Below, piece by piece: positions 39,101 through 50,010 of a stretch of DNA of 64,000 bases. Origin of the DNA: Macrostomum lignano. Taxonomy: Eukaryota. The stretch lies in contig NIVC01000954.1 in the NCBI GenBank assembly GCA_002269645.1, positions 115,884-179,883 on the forward strand. The letters are read 5' to 3'. A model generated the notes under the pieces. That model was not told the origin of the DNA. It searched no databases and worked only from the letters and a program-made list of their open reading frames with translations. The position numbers and the translations under genes were made by a program. Within the stretch, counting starts at the first letter, position 1. The number at the start of each line of letters is the position of its first letter.

Positions 39101-39754
39101 ACAAGACATCTCAGAATTTCTCTCATGGGCCTTGATCTGGCCCATGGCCCAGTAAGCCTTGAAATCTCAATAATTCCCCAGTAAGCCTTGACATCTCAGA
39201 AATTCCCTCATTAAGATCGAAATCGCAGCAATTGAACTTAAGCTTTGAAATCAAAGCGATTCTCCCCAGAATCACATCATTATAGCAATTACTGCTGAGC
39301 CTTGAGATCTTAGAAATTCTCCCATGAGTCTTGATATCACAGAAATTTTCCATACCAGCCTTGACATCTTAGCAATTCACATTGAGTATTTTATTCTCGA
39401 CAGACCGCTTCTTTTATGGTTGACATGACGATTCTTTTGTCGCTTTTTCTTGTGTTGAGTTTTCTTCTGTTTAAAGTAGCATTTATTAAAAACTTACAGT
39501 GGTTTAAAGAGTTCGTGCTTGAAAGGATCAGCACTATTTGCTGATTGAGAAAGGGTTTTGGGCTGATGAAGGAAACTTTTTTGGCTGATGAAAGTTCTGA
39601 TTCATGGCAATTTATTTTTGCCAAAATGAGAAAAGGTAATTTTTGATTAATGGAAATCAACATTTTGGATAATTATAGTAAGGTTACTCTTGTGTCAAAA
39701 TAAAAACCAATTGGTGTCATTTTAGGGCTCCCCAGCGGGGGGCTAAATGGCTAG
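33113..39754 (+). mobile_element. Non-autonomous Helitron, type D relative with duplications and a long inverted repeat
   Basis: TCTAAATATACTAAATC start, two type II tRNA cassettes, 34960-35640 similar to 26260-26880, CCCC-AGC-GGGG hairpin + CTAG. Confidence 0.75.
36217..39506. repeat. Long inverted repeat: arms 36217-36891 and 38832-39506, ~1.94-kb spacer
   Basis: Arms are near-identical reverse complements over ~675 bp by direct comparison; no TSD seen. Confidence 0.9.
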
Positions 39755-42061
39755 TCCTATATACTAAAAATGAAATGTGTGTCTCTGTGAGATAGATTTC
39801 AGAAAAAACGGCTCAACCGATTTTCTTCAAACTTGCACCATTCGATCAGAAATTTTTCTGGGACGGTACATGCATCTTGGCTAAGAAATTGCTCAATTTT
39901 AAAGGGATTAAATATTCGAAAAACATGTTTTTTTCAAAGGTCAAGCCAAATTTTCGACTTGAAATGCATTGTAAAAATGCTAGAGAAAAAACTGACTGAC
40001 TGAATTCCGATTGTGATAAAGATTGCATCACAACAAGTTGAAAACAGTGCCGAAGAAATGCACACACGACATGATTTAAATTGCGTAACCATATTGCTAA
40101 CTTAAATTGAAACTGATTCTGGCTGACTGAGAAATTGATTATGTCATAGCTTTTTACTCCAATTGACTTGCTGTAAGAATTGAATTATAAGGGCCACAAT
40201 TCATGTTCATGTTCTCCAATTAAAAAGAGATAGCCAAGATGCGAACAGACTGGAATGCTAATGTAGCGACCTGGGTTCGAATCTTAGTAGTGCAAAAATA
40301 TATTTTTATTTAAACACCTTAAAAACACAACAAAACTGCTAAACATCAAAGAAGCGCAATGTCAAACATAGAAGAGCCAACATATCGAACATAAAAGAGT
40401 TACCATGTCAAACATAGAAGAGCCACCATGTCAAACATTAAAAAGCCATCATGTCAAACATATAAAGAGCCACAATGTCAAACATTAGAGAGCCACCATT
40501 TCAAACCTAAAAGAGCCACCATGTCGAACATTAAAGAGTTACCATGTCAAACATTAAAGAGCCACCATGTCGAACATTCAAGAGCCACCATGTCAAACAT
40601 AAAACAGACACCATTAAAAACATTAAAGAGCCACCATGTCGAACATTAAAGAGCCACCATGTCAAACATAAAACAGCCACCATGTCGAACATTAAAGAGC
40701 CACCATGTCAAACATAAAACAGAGCCACCATTTCGAAAATTAAAGAGCCACCATTTCAAACATTAAAGAACCACCTTGTCAAATATTAAAGAGCCACCAT
40801 TTCAAACCTAAAAGAGCCACCATGTCGAACATTAAAGAGCCACCTTATCAAACATTTAAGAGCCACCATGTCGAACATAAAAGAGCCACCATGTAGAACA
40901 TTAAAGAGCCACCATGTCGAACATAAAAGAGGTACCATGTCAAACATTAAAGAACCACCAGGTCAAACATGAAAGTGCCACCATGTCAAACATTAAAGAG
41001 CCACCATGTCAAACATAAAAGAGCCACCTTTTTGAACATTAAGGAGCCACCATTTCGAACATTAAAGAGCCACCATGTCAAACATAATAGAGCCACCATG
41101 TCAAACATTAAAAAGCCACTTTGTCAAACATAGAAGAGCCCCCATGTCAAACATAAAAGAGCCACCATGTCAGACATTGAAAAGCCACCGTATCAAACAT
41201 AAAAGAGTTACCATGTACGAGCGTAGAACAAAAAGAGCCACAATGTATAACATAAAAGTTACACAATTTCAAACGTAACAGTAAGCGAATTTTAAAGGAG
41301 CCGCTATAATGCTAAGGAAATTGTCGCACTAGCTACTTATTGTCTGGTGGATGCTTGCTATTTGGGGATGCTTTCTATCTTGGGGATGCTTGCTATCTGG
41401 GGGGATGCTTGCTATCTGGGGATGCTTGCTATCTGGGGGATGCTTGCTATCTGGGGGATGCTTGCTATCTGGGGATGCTTGCTATCTGGGGGATGCTTGC
41501 TATCTGGGGGATGCTTGCTATCTGGGGGATGCTTGCTATCTGGGGGATGCTTGCTATCCGGGGGATGCTTGCTATCCGGGGGATGCTTGCTATCCGGGGG
41601 ATGCTTGCTATCCGGGGGATGCTTGCTATCCGGGGGATGCTTGCAATCTGGGGGATGCTTGCTATCTGGGGGATGCTTGCTATCTGGGGGATGCTTGCTA
41701 TCCGGGGGATGCTTGCTATCCGGGGGATGCTTGCAATCTGGGGGATGCTTGCTATCTGGGGGATGCTTGCTATCTGGGGATGCTTGCTATCTGGGGGATG
41801 CTTGCTATCTTGGGGATGCTTGCTATCTGGGGGATGCTTGCTATCTTGAAGATGCTTGCTATCTGGGGGATGCTTGCTATCTTGAAGATGCTTGCTATCT
41901 GGGGGATGCTTGCGGTCTTGGGATGATTTCTTTTTGCAATGCACTTCATTTGAGCAGTTTGTCTGTTGTCTTTGTGAAGGATTTTTTGGCTGTCTTTTTG
42001 TTACTTGTAGAGAACAGAGATTCTATCCAGATGTCCCCCATCGGGGGGCGAAGATTGCTAG
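39755..42061 (+). mobile_element. Non-autonomous Helitron type E, second copy
   Basis: Same 5' module, cassette (40227-40293), arrays (40340-41230; 41350-41915) and 3' terminus as 16078-17845. Confidence 0.88.
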
Positions 42062-42090
42062 TCCTATATACTAAAAATGGTCTGTCTGTG

Positions 42091-42127
<37 letters not shown>

Positions 42128-45100
42128 GTGATCGATTAGAGAAAAAATGGCTGGACCGATTTTGTTCGAACTTGCACTGTTCGATCTGAAATTTTCCCGT
42201 GACTGTACATGCATCGTGGCTAAGAAATTGCTCGATGCTAAAGGCATTAAATATTCGAAAAACATGTTTTTTTGCAAAGGTCAAGCAAACTTTTCGACTT
42301 GAAATGCATTGTAAGAATGCTAGAGAAAAAACTGACTGGTTGAATTCTGATTCTGAATTATATTGCATCATAACTGAATTGTAACTCCGACTTGAATTGA
42401 AAATGCAGTGTGGAAGCGTAGCACCAGACTTGATTTAAATTGCGTAACCATATTGTTAACTGATACTGACTGACTGAGAAACTGATTATGTCATAACTGC
42501 TTCGTGTGATTTACTCTATGCTTGGATTTTAAAGTGTTGAATTTTATAAGTGCAAAATTTGATGTTATCAAAACGATGAGAGCTAGCCTAGAGGTGAACA
42601 AACTGAACTGCTAAATGCAGCGACGATGGTTCGAATTTTCATAGAGTATAATTTTTTTAATCAAAGCTTTTCAATGTCAGGAAAACTAAAAGACTTTTTA
42701 AAAAAAGCGTCATGTAAAAATCATAGAAGCGTCATGTAAAAAATCGTGGAAGCGTCATTTAAAAAATCATAGAAGCGTCATTTAAAAAATCATGGAAGCG
42801 TCATATAAAAATCATAGATGCGTCATTTAAAAAATCATAGAAGCGTCATGTAAACAATCATAGAATCGTCATTTAAAAAATCATAAAAGCGTCATGTAAA
42901 AATCATAGAAGCGTCATGTAAAAATCATAGAAGCGTCATGTAAAAAATCATAGAAGCGTCATGCAAACAATCATAGAAGCGTCATATAAAAATCATAAAA
43001 GCGTCATGTAAACAATCATAGAAGCGTCATGTAAACAATCATAGAAGCGTCATGTAAACAATCATAGAAGTGTCATGTAAAAAATCATAGAAGCATCATT
43101 TAAAAAATCATAGAAGCGTCATGTAAAAAATCAGAGAAGCGTCATGTAAACAATCATAAAAGCGTCATTTAAAAAATCATAGAAGCGTCATATAAAAATC
43201 ATAGATGCGTCATTTCAACAATCATAGAAGCCTCATATAAAAATCGTAGATACGTCATATAAAAATCATAGAAGCGTCATTTAAAAAAGTCATAGAAGCG
43301 TCATGTAAAAATCGTAGAAGCGTCATGCAAAAAATCATAGAAGCGTCATGTAAAAAATCATAGAAGCGTCATGTAAACAATCATAGAAGCGTCATGTGAA
43401 AAATCGTAGAAGTGTCATTTTAAAATCATGGAAGCGTCTTTTAAAAAATCATAGAAGCGTCATGTAAACAATCATAGAAGCGTCATGTAAACAATCATAG
43501 AAGCGCCATGTAAAAAATCATAGAAGCGTCATCTAAAAAATCATGGAAGCGTCATTTAAAAAATCATAGAAGCGTCATGCAAACAATCATAGAAGCGTCA
43601 TGTAAAAAATCATAGGAGCGTCATGTAAACAATCATAGAAGTGTCATGTAAACAATCATAGAAGCGTCATTTAAAAAATCAGAGAAGCGTCATGTAAACA
43701 ATCATAAAAGCGTCATTTAAAAAATCATAGAAGCGTCATATAAAAATCATAGATGCGTCATTTCAACAATCATAGAAGCGTCATATAAAAATCATAGAAG
43801 CCTCATTTAAAAAACATAGAAGCGTCATTTAAAAAATCATAGAAGCGTCAAGTAAAAAATCAGAGAAGCGTCATGTAAACAATCATAAAAGCGTCATTTA
43901 AAAAATCATAGAAGCGTCATATAAAAATCATAGATGCGTCATTTCAAATATCATAGAAGCGTCATAATAAAATCGTAGATACGTCATATAAAAATCATAG
44001 AAGCGTCATTTAAAAAAGTCATAGAAGCGTCATGTAAACAATCATAGAAGTGTCATGTAAAAAATCATAGAAGCGTCATTTAAAAAATCAGAGAAGCGTC
44101 ATGTAAACAATCATAGAAGCGTCATGTAAACAATCATAGAAGTGTCATGTAAACAATCATAGAAGTGTCATGTAAACAATCATAGAAGCGTCATTTAAAA
44201 AATCATAGAAGCGTCATGTAAACAATCATAGAAGCGTCATGTAAAAAATCATAGGAGCGTCATGTAAACAATCATAGAAGCGTCATGTAACAATCATAGA
44301 AGCGTCATGTAAACAATCATAGAAGTGTCATGTAAAAAATCATAGAAGCGTCATTTAAAAAATCAGAGAAGCGTCATGTAAACAATCATAGAAGCGTCAT
44401 GTAAACAATCATAGAAGTGTCATGTAAACAATCATAGAAGTGTCATGTAAACAATCATAGAAGCGTCATTTAAAAAATCAGAGAAGCGTCATGTAAACAA
44501 TCATAAAAGCGTAATTTAAAAAATCATAGAAGCGTCATATAAAAATCATAGATGCGTCATTTCAACAATCATAGAAGCGTCATGTAAAAAATCTGAGAAG
44601 CGTCATTTAAAAAATCATAGAAGCGTCATGTAAACAATCATAGAAGCGTCATGTAAAAAAATCATAGAAGCGTCATGTAAAAAATTATAGAAGCGTCATG
44701 TAAAAAATCATAGAAGCGTCATGTAAACAATCATAGAAGCGTCATGTAAACAATCATAGAGGCGTCATATAAAAATCATAGAAGCGTCAAGAAAAAATCA
44801 TAGAAGCCTCATTTAAAACTAATGAAAGTGTAATTTAAAAAATTAAGAAGCGTCACGGTAGAATAAAAGAAACGTCATGTCAGACATGAAGGGTTCATGT
44901 AAAAATTAAATGCAACTATAATGCTGTGCTGGGGAGAAAAACTGAGACGTAAAGGCTCTCAGAGAATAACTGAGATTACGGGGGGGGGGGGTTCTGAGAT
45001 GTCAAAGCAAAAGTCAGAAGCTACTTCAAAGTTCATGTACTTTACTCAATTTTTTTATTACATTCTTTGTTGGCTCGCCACGGGGGGGTCGCTGATAGAA

Positions 45101-45991
45101 GAAGAGTCATGTAAAAAATAAAAGTAGCACTATGTATACATAAAAGAAAAGTCATGTCGAAGTTAAAAGATTCATTTGGGAATTGCTACGATGTCAAAGC
45201 TTGGTGGAAATCGTTATAGTGCTGTGATTCTTAAAGAAGGAATCGCTAAAATTTCAAGGCTTAGGGGAGAAGAATTGCTGAGATTTCAAGGCTTTAGGTT
45301 GGGTTAAAGTTAGGTTTAGGTCAGGTGTGGGTTGAGGGTTATATTTTATCGGGTTTCAAGGTAAACAGAATAACAGGGGATTTTTTAGATTTCAAGGTTT
45401 ATGGGGGCCATCGCTGACATGTTAAGGCTTACGGGGGGAATAGCTGAGATGTCAAGGCTCACGGGGGTATAAATGAGATTTCAAGGCTAAAGTCAGAAGC
45501 TACATGTAGTTTATTGAAAACTTTTTATTACATTATTTGATGCCTCCTCAGGGGAGGGATCGCTGATAAAAAAAGCGTAATGTAAAAAATAAAAGAAGCT
45601 TCATGTCGAAGTTAAGAGATTCATTTGGGAATCCCTACGATGTCGAGGCTTGCAGGGAATCGCTATAATGCTGTAGTAGTGCTATAATGACTCTTAGAGA
45701 GAATTACTGAAATTTCAATGTTAGGTTAGGGTTAGGGCTAGGGTTAGGGTTAGGCTAGGGTTAGGGTTAGAAGGTTGACAGTTTTTAGATTTCCAAGGCT
45801 TATTCGGGGCATTGCTGAGATGTCAAGGGGGGGAGTTGATATGTTAAAGCTTGTGGGGGGGGAATTACTGACATGTCAAGGCTTACAAGGTTTGACAGGA
45901 GATTTTTTTAAGATTTCAAGGATACATGTAGCTTATTAAAAAACGTGTATTGCATGTCTTTGGCTCCCCAACGGGGGGCGTAGATTGCTAG
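42062..45991 (+). mobile_element. Non-autonomous Helitron type B
   Basis: TCCTATATACTAAAAAT start, (CTAT)n, 5' module, cassette 42579-42640, 2.2-kb satellite 42705-44880, TTAGGG-like tract, CCCC-AAC-GGGG hairpin + CTAG|T. Confidence 0.88.
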
Positions 45992-47281
45992 TTTTATTCT
46001 AAGAATCTCTTCTACTTTCTATTCGAAGAATGTCTTCTACTTTGCATTCTAAAAATCTCTTCTACTTTCTATTCTAAGAATCTCTTCTACTTTGTATTCT
46101 AAGAATGTCTTCTACCTTTTATTAGCTTTCATTAAAAACTAATTAAAAACACCTGAATTATGGCGCTAGATAAACCAAGGATTATTGCATTATATTATTT
46201 AAATGCAAGTGCAGTTATATTATATTATTGCACTTGATAAGCCAATGATTATTGCACTTGATAAGCCAAAGATTACTGCGCTTGATAAACCAAAGATTAT
46301 TGCACTTGATAAGCCATCGATTATTGCACTTGATAATAAAGAATATTGCACTTGATAATCCAAGGATTATCGCACTTTGATAACAAGGAATATTGCACTT
46401 GATAAACCAAGGATTATTGCACTCGATAAGCCAAGGATTATTGCACTAGATTAGAAAGGGCTATTGCACTAGCTGAGACATCGATTTTTGGACTTGATGA
46501 GTAAAGGATTATTGCACTAGCTGAGAAGCTGATTCTTGCGCTGTCTAAAAAAGAGATTATTGCGCTCACTGAGACGTGGATTGTTGCACAACCTGAGAAA
46601 GCGATTATTGCATTAGCGGAGGTAACATTTGCACTAGCTACTTGCTGTCTCGCGTATGCTTGCTATCTGGAGGATGCTTGCTCTCGAGGGGGGATACTTG
46701 CTATTTGGGAGGGGGGGTACTGGCTACATGTATGGGATTCTTTCTATCCAGGGATGCTTGCTATTTAGGAATTCTTGCTATCTGCAGATGCTTGCTATCT
46801 GGGGTGATGCTTGCTATCTGCAGATGCTTGCTATCTGGGGTGATGCTTGCTATGAGCATTAGAGGATGCATGCTATCTGCGGTTGTTTACTTTTGGAGGG
46901 GTGCTTGCTGTCTTGGGAATATTTTCTATTTAGGGGAAGCTATATTTTGTTGTCTGTTTGTTAAATTTAGAGAAAAAGTGATTCTTTCACTTTGCGAACA
47001 AATTTGTCCGTGACAATTTTACCCGAATACGAGCTAAGGTGATTTTTAAAAGTGAAGAAGGAATTGGTGTTTAAGAAAATGTGCTTTTTTATTGTTTTCC
47101 ATGAACTATTTTTGCTCCTTTCTTTTTGGGCGCCCCGAAGGGGGGCCGCACTAGATTGCTAGTCAATATCTGATTCTGTAGAATACTAACTAGCTTATTC
47201 ATACTTATTTTTACTCTGGAAACTGTATTTTACCTGCTACTCTGAGTACTTTATACGCATTTAGTTGATGTATTGATGTAC

Positions 47282-47410
47282 AAGTATTCTACGAGACTCC
47301 AGCTCGTGGCGGGACTTTCCACTATGGCTAAATTTATAATATAGTCAAGTGCACGTTACATTCGCACTGAAGCCATGAAAAGAGTTAAACTGAAGTGGAA
47401 AGTCCTTAAT
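47282..47410. other. Structured ~120-130 nt repeat, copy 1
   Basis: 12-bp inverted pair GGACTTTCCACT (47312-47323) / AGTGGAAAGTCC (47394-47405) with nested stems; second copy at 49896-50010. Confidence 0.7.
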
Positions 47411-47631
47411 GATGTCTTCCGTCTTTCTCATTTCAATAGCACCACTTATTTTACGAGTACAATATCGATTAAATTTTCCTGTCTTAATTATAATGACTAA
47501 GTGGAATGTCTTTCGGCTCAGTAGGAGAGTCTTTAAATAAGTAGGAAATTATTAACTCACTGAGTTTACTGAACTAAGATACTGACTGATCTATTGCTTA
47601 ACTACGTTGCTTAACAGACTGAGTTGCGCTA

Positions 47632-48230
47632 AGGGGGGAATGCTGCTGATGGGGGAACGCTGCTACTAGGAAAATGCTGCTGATGGGGGAATGCTGTTGA
47701 TCAGGGAATGCTGCTGATGGGGGAATGCTGTTGATGGGGGAATGCTGCTGATGGGGAATGCTGCTGATCGGGGAACGCTGCTGATGGGGGAATGCTGCTG
47801 ATGGGGGAATGCTGCAGGATGGGGGAATGCTGCAGGATGGGGGAATGCTGCATGATGGGGGAATGCTGTTGATGGGGGAACGCTGCTGCTAGGGGAATGC
47901 TGCTGATGGGAGAACGCTGCAGGATAGGGGAATGCTACATGATGGGGGAATGCTGTTGATGGGGGAACGCTGTTGCTAGGGGAATGCTGCTGATGGGGGA
48001 ACGCTGCTGATGGAGGAACGCTGCATGATGGGGGAATGCTGTTGATGGGGGAATGCTGCTGATGGGGGAACGCTGCATGATGGGGGAATGCTGTTGATGG
48101 GGGAATGCTGCTGATGGGGGAACGCTGCATGATGGGGGAATGCTGTTGATGGAGGAACGCTGCTGCTAGGGGAATGCTGCTGATGGAGGAATGCTGTTGA
48201 TGGGGCAATTCTGTTGATGGTGAAATCCTC
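47632..48230 (+). repeat. G-rich minisatellite GGGGGAATGCTGCTGAT (17-18 bp)
   Basis: Tandem array. Confidence 0.95.
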
Positions 48231-48959
48231 TAATGGAGGAATGTTGCTAATCGAGTTGGCAGGCTAGGCAGATGGTAGGGAATTCGCAAAACAGATTGGA
48301 ATGTCATTTATAAGCACTAAAAAGCTGAGCAACAGGATTACTTTTAGGAATAAGAAGCACACTGAACCTGCAATTTTTTTAATACGAATAATTTCACTGT
48401 CTGTTCGGGAAAAATATTTTTCTTTGAGGGAAGAAGTTCGATTTCTCACTTTTCAATTCACCACTATTAGACTAAATTTTTACTGAATAATATTGACAGA
48501 GGTCAAATTAAGAATCAGAAGAAATTGAAACTTAGATGGGTTGTATAGTCGTGCGTGTGTATGTGACTCACGCCACACTATCAGTGCACGCGCCCTCGCA
48601 AGATCGATTGTGATTGGCTGGACGATTGTTTGATTTCTGCCTTACCCCAAACCAGTCTGAGCCATGCTGGTGGTCGCTGATCGTGGCAAAGCGATCTTCA
48701 TGTTGGTTTGGTAATGCCTAACTTTGAAAATTTTACAATTGCGTCAGTTTCATACCTAATAGAGGGCTGGAATATTGATTACCAGACTTCTCACCCCTGT
48801 AAGTCCCTTGCGTTGCACTTTTTTAATCTCGCCATGAATAAAAGCTAATATAAATATGGAGTGCCAAGTGCGAGACAGAAGTAAGACAATTTTATTGAAT
48901 AGAAGTTATCTACTATACCTCTACTACTTTTCTATTAACTTGAATTTAAAGATTTAAGA

Positions 48960-49508
48960 ATGTCTCAACCGCCAAAGAAGCCCGATAGCTACATCTACAT
49001 GTGGACTCGCGAAGCAAGAGCTATTGAGCAGCACATGAATGACTTTCTCACCCGAATGAAGTCACGAGTACTGGAACCGCTTGAACGAGTCGGACAGCAG
49101 GAAGTGGACCAGAAGCAGGCGCTGACTAGCCTTATTGCAGAGCAGCGCATTGAAATAGCCAAGCTGAGAGCTGACAACCAGCGACTTCAAGAGCAACTTC
49201 GGTGAGTCACAGCTGATCGAGACGCACTGGAAGAGCAACTCGGTGTGCAGATTGCCGAAGAGCTGGACGAAGGAGCTAACGCACCTGGCCAGATGAAGCG
49301 ACTGCATCCATCCGCGGCTAACTCGGCTGGTCCCAGTAAAGGTCGAGAACCAACTGCCGAGGACGGCGAAGACGCCGCTGATGACCATGGGACAGATCAA
49401 GAGATCGCCGATGATGCTGATGCTCCTAGCCAGAAGAGGCGGCGACAACAAAGCGCTAGCCCAACTGGTTCCAGCAGAAGCGAAGACCCCAGTGCAGAGA
49501 ACAGCTAA
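48960..49508 (+). CDS. Unknown coiled-coil/acidic protein with one in-frame TGA (49203) or an intron
   Basis: ORFs 48960-49205 and 49245-49508 share one frame, separated only by TGA; GC-rich relative to the flanks; heptad-like QRIEIAKLRADNQRLQEQL and basic KRRRQ; the TGA overlaps a GTGAGT donor consensus. Confidence 0.45.
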
Positions 49509-49895
49509 GACCCGACGGTTACTGCACTCTTATATATGAGTAGTACAGACTTACAATACAAAGTATTCATTTCATCAATTAAATCAGCTCAGTTTACTGT
49601 ATGTTTTTTACATGTATTTTACAGTAAGCATACTTAAATATGTGCTAATTTTGTCCAAGTCTTGATGTGGAATGAAAAGCTCTTATTTAATACCCCTCGT
49701 ACACTTTTTAAAACGATCCTTTCACGGCTTTTTAGTTAGATTTCTTTTTTTCAAGGAAAATTTTGAGTATACGAGTATTTAATGCCATATATTAAAGACA
49801 TCTAAATGTAAAAATATAAAAATATAAAAATAATGCTTTTCATTTCACCATGACTTCTACGATACTATTAGCAAGTAGGCTACTTACCGTATATT

Positions 49896-50010
49896 AAGTA
49901 TTCTGCGAGACCAGTTCGTGGCGGGACTTTCCACTCTGGCTATATTTTACAATATAAAATACTTACTGTAAGCCATGAAAAGAGTGAACTTGAAGTGGAA
50001 AGTCCTGAAT
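49896..50010. other. Structured ~120 nt repeat, copy 2
   Basis: GGACTTTCCACT (49924-49935) / AGTGGAAAGTCC (49994-50005). Confidence 0.7.

Larger units (their letters stand above)
27693..47162 (+). mobile_element. Non-autonomous Helitron type G, split by the hAT element and a nested Helitron train
   Basis: TCAAATATACTAAAAAT start and 5' module; the TATTCTAAGAATCTCTTCTACTTT satellite resumes at 28255, 32986 and 45992; GATTATTGCACTTGATAAGCCAA array 46165-46620; GC-rich hairpin + CTAG at 47159-47162. Confidence 0.7.

Noticed and set aside
41340-42189. Long ORFs in all frames (GDACYL, SGGCLL, MLAIWG); similar ORFs at 5199, 19427-21462 and 47666
   Set aside because: Products of stop-free minisatellite units with frequent frame-changing unit-length variants
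47394-47405. RNase P/MRP CR-I (GGAAAGTCC) or hammerhead ribozyme core
   Set aside because: The motif is paired with a nearby upstream complement, and no CR-V or CTGATGA core is present
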